From an uncultured Candidatus Saccharibacteria bacterium (lineage in GTDB: Bacteria > Patescibacteriota > Minisyncoccia > Phycocordibacterales > Zambryskibacteraceae), in assembly GCA_964651655.1 (NCBI GenBank), contig CAZYVS010000002.1, positions 29,471-93,470 on the forward strand: a stretch of DNA of 64,000 nucleotides, in the 5' to 3' direction. The position numbers and the translations under genes are program-made. Each line of letters opens with the position of its first letter. Positions within the stretch are counted from its first letter, which is position 1. Of the stretch, positions 57,343 to 64,000 are shown piece by piece. Under the pieces are notes generated by a model, which was not told where the DNA came from, did no database searches, and was given only the letters and a program-made list of their open reading frames with translations.

Positions 57343-57767
57343 TTGAGTAATTTTTGGTCGTAAATCAACTTGTCAAATTTCCTCCAACGTTTGCCGCCTA
57401 CCCTAGGCGGTATGAATCCACCGATAGTTAAAATGTCGTTCACAATTTCCCAAATATCTTTTATACCCAAAGCATACTTGATAATGGCCTTATATTTGCC
57501 ACGTTCATATTTTAGAAACATTCTTTCAACAGTTGACGGGCTCATATGAAGCGCGTCGGCTATCGTGTAATTTGAAACACCGCGAGAAAGCATGGCTATC
57601 ACTGTCAAACGCTTAGCCAGCATTGCTCGTTCGGTGTAGGTAAAAAATTCATAAAACACCGGTTTGGTCTCACTTTTTTTAAATGATCTTTCCAGAGATC
57701 TAATAAGTTCCAACACTAGCTTATTGAAATATTTCTTACTTAACTTTCGTTTAGAAATATGGGGCAT
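57336..57767 (-). CDS. TrpR/YerC-YecD family DNA-binding protein
   Basis: LAKRLTVIAMLSRGVSNYTIADALHMSPSTVER helix-turn-helix. TATATAAT lies 5 nt before the ATG. Confidence 0.6.
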   Translation of the reverse strand: MPHISKRKLSKKYFNKLVLELIRSLERSFKKSETKPVFYEFFTYTERAMLAKRLTVIAMLSRGVSNYTIADALHMSPSTVERMFLKYERGKYKAIIKYALGIKDIWEIVNDILTIGGFIPPRVGGKRWRKFDKLIYDQKLLKT

Positions 57768-57878
57768 AACTTATTATATATCGTATGTTATTAGTTGTAT
57801 ACGCACTTGACGGTCTATAATTATTTAAGTATCCTGTCAAGAGATAGAAGCATAAATATAAAAGAAAGGAGGCCACAC

Positions 57879-58193
57879 ATGTCTAATGAAATCGTCGTGG
57901 TAGAACCGGTAGTTGGCATGCCTGTCACTTGGATTGACCCATCTTCAGACCCGATAAATAAGCGTTTTATTGAAACGTGTCAAATCAAAGAATATGGTAA
58001 GGAAGGGCTCAAAATCAGATCAATCAAAGACCATGGAGAGGGGTTTAACGGAAAGGATCGTTGGCTAGTCACATTGGAAAGAGGGGGTCAACCACTCATG
58101 CACCAATGGAATCAAGAGCTGGGTCCCATGCCAAGAAGCTTTGAGCCATCAGTCCTTCAATTCTCATGGCATTATCTTCGGCCCCTGAGTTGA
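57879..58193 (+). CDS. Small hypothetical protein (104 aa), GC-richer, with a strong SD
   Basis: AAAGGAGG lies 6 nt before the ATG, and a terminator hairpin follows. Confidence 0.45.
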   Translation: MSNEIVVVEPVVGMPVTWIDPSSDPINKRFIETCQIKEYGKEGLKIRSIKDHGEGFNGKDRWLVTLERGGQPLMHQWNQELGPMPRSFEPSVLQFSWHYLRPLS

Positions 58194-58215
58194 TACCGTC
58201 ATCGAGAGAACTCCT

Positions 58216-58256
58216 CGGCGACCACCTCTGTGTGGTCGCCGAACTATTTATTTTTA
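58216..58256 (+). terminator. Rho-independent terminator (convergent with the uvrB 3' end)
   Basis: CGGCGACCAC-ctctgt-GTGGTCGCCG followed by AACTATTTATTTTTAT. Confidence 0.6.
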
Positions 58257-60259
58257 TGGCCTTCTAATATTTTTATTTCGTCGCGGAGAATAGCGGCAGT
58301 TTCAAAATCGAGATTTTTGACGGCTTCTTCCATTTCTTTCTTTTTGCCTTTAATAAGTTTCTTGGGACTTTTGACAAAAAGTTTCTCGTCTGTCTCAAGC
58401 AACAAATCAACCGCGGAGCGATGTGCGCGTTCGAGCGTGTCGGTAATGTCTTTTATTTTTTTGATAATTGTTTTAGGGGTAATCCCGTGTTTTTCGTTGT
58501 AGGCTACTTGAATCGCGCGCCGACGAGCAGTCTCGCCTAACGCTTTTTCCATCGAACCGGTCATGGTATCGGCATAGAGAATTACTCGACCCGAAACATT
58601 TCTGGCCGCCCGCCCGATAATCTGAATGAGTGAAGTATCACTCCGCAAAAAACCTTCCTTGTCGGCATCTAAAACTCCGATAAGAGTCACCTCCGGCAAA
58701 TCCAACCCTTCCCTCAAGAGATTAACTCCTACCACACAATCAAATTCTCCCCGACGAAAAGCGGTAAGTATTTCAATCCTTTCAATAGTCTTGATCTCGC
58801 TGTGTAAATATCGAGCATTAATATTTTTCCCTTTTAAAAACTCGGACAGATCTTCCGCCATCTTTTTGGTCAAAGTGGTGGCAAGCACTCGTCCGCCCCT
58901 TTCAATTGCTCTTGTCGCTTCTTCTATAAAATCGTAAACCTGCCCCTTGTATTGTCCTTTGGATTGAATCGGTTTAACTGAAACTTCAGGATCAACTAAC
59001 CCCGTTGGCCGTATAACTTGTTCCACTACTTGCAAACTGTGTTCTTTTTCATAATGTGCGGGGGTGGCGCTGGTAAAAATAATTTGTCCGACTTTCGTTT
59101 CAAATTCTTCAAACTTTAACGGTCGATTATCTCGAGCGCTTGGCAGACGAAAACCGTGCTCAATCAAGACATCCTTGCGTGATTTGTCCCCGGCATACAT
59201 GCCACCTATCTGCGGTACAGTGACGTGTGATTCATCTATAATAGTTAAGAAATCGTGGGTTCCGTCAGATTTCTTGGGAAAATAATCAAGGAGTGTAAAC
59301 GGCGCCTCGCCGGGCAACTTACCGGAGAAATGTCTGGAATAATTCTCAATACCGTTGGTATAACCCACTTCTCTGATCATCGCCAAATCATAAGTCGTGC
59401 GTCTCTTTAATCTTTCGGCTTCCAATAATTTCCCTTCCTTCTGAAATTTTGCCAATTGTTCATTAAGTTCCTGTTTAATATTCACAAGCGCGCGTTTCGA
59501 ATCTTCGTCGGCGGTGATAAAATGTTTGGCGGGGAAAAGATAGAAAGCTTCCATCTCTTTGAGGATAATTCGAGAAACCGCGTCTATTTTAAAAATCTTT
59601 CCGACCCTTTCGCCGTCTATCTCTATCCTATAAATGGTGCGTTCCGAAACCGGCATAATTTCAATCGCGTTGCCGAGCGCGCGAAATGTCCCTGACTTCA
59701 CATCGGAATTGGTGCGAGAATAGTGGATGTTGATAAGCGCGCGGATGAAATCCGCGCGCGCAATATTCTGCCCTCTTTCTACTTTAATGTTTACCTTTTC
59801 ATACTCCTCCGGATTACCAAGACCGTAGATACAGGAAACGGAAGCCACAATAATTACATCTTTTCTGGTCAGAAGTGCTTGGGTAGAAGCATGACGCAGA
59901 CGTTCAATTTCTTCGTTAATCATCGCTTCCTTTTCAATATAAGTATCCGTGACCGGCAAATAAGCTTCCGGCTGATAATAGTCGTAGTAGGAAACAAAAT
60001 AGTGAACGGCGTTGTCGGGAAAAAATTCCCTATACTCTTGCGCTAATTGTGCCGCTAGAGTTTTGTTGTGAGCAATAACCAAGGTTGGTTTCCCTATCTT
60101 TTCTATAACATTGGCAACGGTGAAAGTCTTCCCCGATCCAGTCACGCCTAAAAGGGTCTGATATCTTAAGTTTTGCTTGATCCCGTTTATCAGCTCTTTA
60201 ATAGCCTTAGGTTGATCCCCCGCCGGCTTGAACTCTCTGTGTATTTTAAAAACTGACAT
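58244..60259 (-). CDS. uvrB: Excinuclease ABC subunit B
   Basis: UvrB helicase motifs and a C-terminal UVR domain. Confidence 0.9.
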   Translation of the reverse strand: MSVFKIHREFKPAGDQPKAIKELINGIKQNLRYQTLLGVTGSGKTFTVANVIEKIGKPTLVIAHNKTLAAQLAQEYREFFPDNAVHYFVSYYDYYQPEAYLPVTDTYIEKEAMINEEIERLRHASTQALLTRKDVIIVASVSCIYGLGNPEEYEKVNIKVERGQNIARADFIRALINIHYSRTNSDVKSGTFRALGNAIEIMPVSERTIYRIEIDGERVGKIFKIDAVSRIILKEMEAFYLFPAKHFITADEDSKRALVNIKQELNEQLAKFQKEGKLLEAERLKRRTTYDLAMIREVGYTNGIENYSRHFSGKLPGEAPFTLLDYFPKKSDGTHDFLTIIDESHVTVPQIGGMYAGDKSRKDVLIEHGFRLPSARDNRPLKFEEFETKVGQIIFTSATPAHYEKEHSLQVVEQVIRPTGLVDPEVSVKPIQSKGQYKGQVYDFIEEATRAIERGGRVLATTLTKKMAEDLSEFLKGKNINARYLHSEIKTIERIEILTAFRRGEFDCVVGVNLLREGLDLPEVTLIGVLDADKEGFLRSDTSLIQIIGRAARNVSGRVILYADTMTGSMEKALGETARRRAIQVAYNEKHGITPKTIIKKIKDITDTLERAHRSAVDLLLETDEKLFVKSPKKLIKGKKKEMEEAVKNLDFETAAILRDEIKILEGHKNK

Positions 60260-61498
60260 CTAGCTATGATACTCCTTTAGAAATTCTTTTTTAAATGCGA
60301 GAAAAGTGTCATTTAAAATACCCTCACGCATACGTTTGACCAAATTAATGATGAAGTAGAGATTGTGCATCGAACCGAGCGTGCCGCCGAGCATTTCGTG
60401 CGCCCGGTAAAGATGACAAAGATAAGCACGCGAATAATTTTTACACACTTCACATTCACATTTTGAATCAAGTGGCCCCATATCTTCTCTAAATTCTGCG
60501 TTTCTGATATTTATTTTACCTTTAGACGTGTAGAGAGTGCCGCCGCGACCATTGCGGGTCGGCGCCACACAATCAAAGAGGTCCACGCCATTCTCTACCC
60601 CCATAAACAAATCCTCCGGTTCGCCTATTCCCAAAAGATGCCTCGGCTTCTCTTTCGGTAAAATTTCATTGACCCACTTGACCGCAGTTTCCATATCTTT
60701 TTTGGCAAACGAACCGCCGATGCCAAAACCGTCAAAATCAAGCTTACCGATAAACTCCGCCGATTTTTTGCGAAGCGCTTCTTCCCTGCCTCCTTGCACA
60801 ATGCCAAACAAAGCCGGCACAGAGGCTAAACCTTTGGAATGTTTAAGGTTTAACCTCTGATGATATGCCAAACTTCTTTCGGCCCAACGATGAGTACGTG
60901 CCAATGCTTCTTCTTGATATTGATAATCCTCCGCCGGAGAAGTACACTCGTCGAAGGCAAAAATTATATCGGCGCCGAGGTCATGTTGAATCTCGATAGA
61001 CTTCTCCGGTGTAATGTAATGAAGAGAACCGTCAATGTGGGAACGAAAGGAAACTCCATCTTCGGATATTTTAACTAAAAAGGGAGTAGTATCAAAAAAA
61101 TCCTCGTCGCGTCGGAGCCCGCCACTTGCGGGTAAAGCGCGAGGATTTTTTTGATCTGCAACCTTAGAAATTCCCTTACCATACGCCGCCCCGAGGGAAA
61201 AAACTTGAAAACCGCCGGAATCGGTCATCAAGGGTCCGGACCAATTCATAAACTTGTGTAACCCGCCGAAACTTTTGACACGTTCCGCACCCGGTTCAAG
61301 ATAAAGATGATAAGTGTTTGCTAAAACCACTTCGGCGCCAATAGATTTGACCTGCTCCGGCATCAGCGCTTTGACTGTGGCTTTTGTCCCTACCGACACA
61401 AAAGCGGGCGTGTGAATGATTCCATGCGAAGTTTCCAAAATCCCCGCCCGTCCCAGCCTTTTCTCAAGTCTCTTTTCTTTAGAAAATTTTATAGCCAC
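60260..61498 (-). CDS. tgt: Queuine/preQ1 tRNA-ribosyltransferase
   Basis: VLANTYHLYLEPG and the zinc site CECEVCKNYSRAYLCHL. Confidence 0.9.
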   Translation of the reverse strand: MAIKFSKEKRLEKRLGRAGILETSHGIIHTPAFVSVGTKATVKALMPEQVKSIGAEVVLANTYHLYLEPGAERVKSFGGLHKFMNWSGPLMTDSGGFQVFSLGAAYGKGISKVADQKNPRALPASGGLRRDEDFFDTTPFLVKISEDGVSFRSHIDGSLHYITPEKSIEIQHDLGADIIFAFDECTSPAEDYQYQEEALARTHRWAERSLAYHQRLNLKHSKGLASVPALFGIVQGGREEALRKKSAEFIGKLDFDGFGIGGSFAKKDMETAVKWVNEILPKEKPRHLLGIGEPEDLFMGVENGVDLFDCVAPTRNGRGGTLYTSKGKINIRNAEFREDMGPLDSKCECEVCKNYSRAYLCHLYRAHEMLGGTLGSMHNLYFIINLVKRMREGILNDTFLAFKKEFLKEYHS

Positions 61499-62499
61499 TA
61501 TCTCTTAGTAATAATAGATTTTTTGTAAACATCGAGATGCTCTAACGCCACACCGGTGCCTTTGGCGACGCAGAAATACGCGTCCTTAGCCATGACGGCC
61601 TTCACACCGGTACGACGAAACATCAGTTCGGGAAAATTTCGCAGTTGAGAAGAACCGCCGGTCATAATAATGCCGCGGTCGATAATGTCGGAAGAAAGTT
61701 CCGGCGGAGTATCTTGCAAAACTTCTTTGACTGCCTTGACCATCTCACGCAATTCTTTTGAAATGGCTCTGACTATTTCATTGGTCTTTATCTCAACGGT
61801 GCGCGGCAAACCGAGCACGAAATCTCGCCCCTTTACCATCATCGATAATTCTTCATCAAGCGGTATGGCCGAACCGATAGTGATCTTGATATCTTCGGCC
61901 GTTTTGTCTCCGATGACCAAGTTATAATTCTTTTTAATATAATCGGCGATAGCGGTATCAATCTTGTTTCCTGCCACCTTGACCGAAGTGGAAGCTACAA
62001 TACCCCCAAGAGAAATAACCGCCACATCAGTAGTGCCACCGCCGATATCAACAATCATGTGGCCGGCCGCTTCTTGAATAGGAATGCCGGCGCCGATGGC
62101 GGCCAGAATCGGCTCCTTGACAACATAAGCATTTTTAGCCCCGGCCTTGATGGCCGCTTCTATCACGGCTCGCCGTTCGGTGGAAGTGACACCGGCCGGC
62201 ACCGAGATCAAGACATCCGGCTTGAAAAAATTCCATTTGCCAAGCGCCTTGTCTATATAGTAGCGAAGCATCGCTTCCGTCACCCGATAATCCGCGATGA
62301 CGCCATCTTTCATCGGCCGATAAGCAATAATGCTCTCCGGCGTCCGCCCGATCATATTTTTTGCCTCCGTGCCAATGGCAAGAATTTTATTATCTTCAGA
62401 AACCGCCACTACCGACGGTTCATTAAGCGTAATACCTTTGCCCGGTACGAAAACCAGAATGTTGGTGGTGCCAAGATCAATGCCGAGCTTATTTGCCAT
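61498..62499 (-). CDS. mreB: Rod-shape-determining protein MreB
   Basis: [18 protein letters not shown]...; actin-like ATPase. Confidence 0.9.
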   Translation of the reverse strand: MANKLGIDLGTTNILVFVPGKGITLNEPSVVAVSEDNKILAIGTEAKNMIGRTPESIIAYRPMKDGVIADYRVTEAMLRYYIDKALGKWNFFKPDVLISVPAGVTSTERRAVIEAAIKAGAKNAYVVKEPILAAIGAGIPIQEAAGHMIVDIGGGTTDVAVISLGGIVASTSVKVAGNKIDTAIADYIKKNYNLVIGDKTAEDIKITIGSAIPLDEELSMMVKGRDFVLGLPRTVEIKTNEIVRAISKELREMVKAVKEVLQDTPPELSSDIIDRGIIMTGGSSQLRNFPELMFRRTGVKAVMAKDAYFCVAKGTGVALEHLDVYKKSIITKR

Positions 62500-62826
62500 A
62501 ATGAAAGATGAAAAGTATGCTTTCAGCACGTATGATACTATAATTCCATAATAGGATGAAATCTCTGAATGAAAGTTTAAACAGCCGTAACCTCAAAGAG
62601 TTTCTCAAACATCCGCGCTTGAAAATGCTTGATGAATTCCACAAACGTATAAACGCCGAAAGAAAAGCCTCTGACATGAAAGCGTTACCCGTCAGGGCAA
62701 TAGCGGTCAAAACATCTCATCTGTCCGTTGAGGACTTGGCGTATTTGTTGAAAAAGTGTTCCCAGAGTTCCAATTTTTCTCGCTGTTTTTTTGGTATGCT
62801 AAAAGTTCGAATAGATAAATAATCGA

Positions 62827-63207
62827 ATGCAACGAATAACTACAAATAAGAATGTGATTTATTCAGAACTATCATACAAAATTACAGGTATTTTATTTGA
62901 AATACATAATGAATTAGGAAGATTTGCTAGAGAAAAACAATATGGTGATTTATTAGAAAAAAGACTGAAGGCAGAAAATATTAAATATCAAAGAGAGCAT
63001 CGCATCGGTGATTATGGCAACATTATAGATTTCTTAATAGAAGGAGATGAGGAAATACTGCTAGAATTAAAGACGGTTAGATTTTTAACCAGAGACCACT
63101 TCCGCCAGATGCAGAACTATTTACAGCAAACTCGGATAAAACTAGGTCTTCTTATAAATTTCAGCGATAAGTACCTTAGTCCCAAGAGAGTCCTTCTTAT
63201 AAAATGA
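62827..63207 (+). CDS. GxxExxY family (PD-(D/E)xK-like) protein
   Basis: [18 protein letters not shown] matches the GxxExxY motif. Confidence 0.65.
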   Translation: MQRITTNKNVIYSELSYKITGILFEIHNELGRFAREKQYGDLLEKRLKAENIKYQREHRIGDYGNIIDFLIEGDEEILLELKTVRFLTRDHFRQMQNYLQQTRIKLGLLINFSDKYLSPKRVLLIK

Positions 63208-63386
63208 AGTATCCTGGTGACCAAAAAGAATACACCGTAATTCCAATAAAAGAAGCCCTTGAATTAATGCGACACGAGAATCCTAATACTAGAGCTATAC
63301 AGCTAGAGAATTGTAATCATGATTTTGAGAATTGCGAAGAAAAATTGTCTGACATAGTATTGGGATTCATTCGTAGTAATTCGTAG
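63204..63386 (+). CDS. Small hypothetical protein (60 aa), ATGA-coupled to the upstream gene
   Basis: 4-nt overlap with the GxxExxY gene. Confidence 0.3.
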   Translation: MKYPGDQKEYTVIPIKEALELMRHENPNTRAIQLENCNHDFENCEEKLSDIVLGFIRSNS

Positions 63387-63414
63387 ATTCGTATACAATG
63401 GCCTATTCGCACTT

Positions 63415-64000
63415 ATGACTGAAATTCTACAAAAAGACGCTTCGGTGCTTAGAAAACGCGCTCTGGACGTGTCGATTAAAAGTATCGGTTCCAAGAAAAT
63501 TCGGACTATTTTAAACAGAATGAAAAAGGCGTTGAACGCCGAAGAAGACGGCGTGGCTATCGCCGCGCCGCAGATCGGAGAAAGTCTCCGAATTTTCATA
63601 GTCTCCGGCAAAGTGTTAAATCTCATTAAGAAACCGAAAGAGGCGGACGCGGGCAAGGTGCCCAAAGATATTATTTTCATTAATCCGGAGATAATCAAAT
63701 TTTCTAAAAAGATGAAAAAAAAAGAGGAAGGATGTCTGTCTATACGTTACCTCTATGGACAAGTCAAGAGAAGTGACAAGGTAATCATCCGGGCTTATGA
63801 CGAAACTGGCAAATTCTTTGAGCGAGGAGCGTCCGGACTTCTGGCTCAAATTTTTCAACATGAAACAGACCATTTAAACGGCATTCTTTTTATCGATAAG
63901 GCGGAAAATATCAGAGATATGCCACCTGCGAAGAAAATAAAATTTGTTTTTTTTGGTTCCTCTCAGATCTCTCATTATGTACTAGAGGAATTGGAAAAGA
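63415..64000 (+). CDS. def: Peptide deformylase continuing in frame into a methionyl-tRNA formyltransferase-like N-terminus (3' partial; runs off the window)
   Basis: GVAIAAPQIGESLRIF, EGCLS and QHETDHLNGILF are the Def motifs. No stop follows. The last 25 codons read KKIKFVFFGSSQISHYVLEELEK, an Fmt N-terminal signature. Confidence 0.8.
   Translation, partial: MTEILQKDASVLRKRALDVSIKSIGSKKIRTILNRMKKALNAEEDGVAIAAPQIGESLRIFIVSGKVLNLIKKPKEADAGKVPKDIIFINPEIIKFSKKMKKKEEGCLSIRYLYGQVKRSDKVIIRAYDETGKFFERGASGLLAQIFQHETDHLNGILFIDKAENIRDMPPAKKIKFVFFGSSQISHYVLEELEK

Noticed and set aside
1-64000. CRISPR array, cas operon or prophage structural genes
   Set aside because: No array of regularly spaced direct repeats occurs anywhere in the window. 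The Cas2-like fold protein at 34662-35228 is isolated and better explained as a PaaX-like regulator. No integrase, transposase or capsid/terminase genes were seen.
1-64000. Alternative genetic code (UGA=Gly, code 25) as in some CPR lineages
   Set aside because: Standard-code ORFs give full-length, well-conserved proteins with TGA, TAA and TAG all used as stops (for example rpmJ TAA and ftsW TAG). Read-through is not needed anywhere.

Overview
This 64 kb window is low-GC, gene-dense, and mostly transcribed from the minus strand. Many core genes lack a Shine-Dalgarno sequence and appear leaderless, which resembles a reduced-genome (CPR/Patescibacteria-like) bacterium; that assignment is an inference, and the standard genetic code fits throughout.

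Core content I can support from the sequence:
- A long minus-strand run of peptidoglycan/division and housekeeping genes: a D-Ala-D-Ala carboxypeptidase, asnB, mraY, ftsW, murG, a GluRS catalytic-domain-only paralog and an EnvC-like M23 peptidase, followed by scpA/scpB, a nucleotidase, an archaeal-type aspS, trpS and a sensor kinase.
- A grpE-dnaK-dnaJ chaperone operon.
- The ribosomal alpha-operon block: infA, rpmJ, rpsM, rpsK, rpsD, rpoA, rplQ, rplM, rpsI.
- A truncated alaS that keeps only the catalytic and tRNA-recognition region, and a leuS missing most of the CP1 editing domain.
- mnmA, mltG, ychF, uvrC/uvrA/uvrB, tgt, mreB, and a def gene that runs in frame into an fmt-like N-terminus at the window edge.
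- Three tRNA-Ala genes (CGC, TGC, GGC), each with the G3:U70 pair.

Observations worth a second look:
- A 26-28 nt intercistronic motif (stop codon-TTCGAC-N3-4-CTCACTATAAATAA) occurs five times, spanning the upstream gene's stop codon to just 5' of the next start (17 nt short in one copy) in the ribosomal-protein and murG operons.
- A higher-GC accessory islet lies between the DMT transporter and tRNA-Ala(CGC). It carries a lipoprotein, a DUF397-like gene, a sigma-70 fragment, two small genes with duplicated promoter/5'UTR and strong SD, and a cluster of covarying hairpin repeats.
- A 38-bp palindrome occurs three times and flanks a wHTH plus Cas2/VapD-like regulator gene. That cassette sits next to an ATP-cone plus PD-(D/E)xK nuclease and is bracketed by a duplicated mnmA 3' end.
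- A TrpR/YerC-like regulator with a perfect 32-bp palindrome sits between uvrA and uvrB.

No CRISPR array, rRNA gene or classical IS/transposase is visible.
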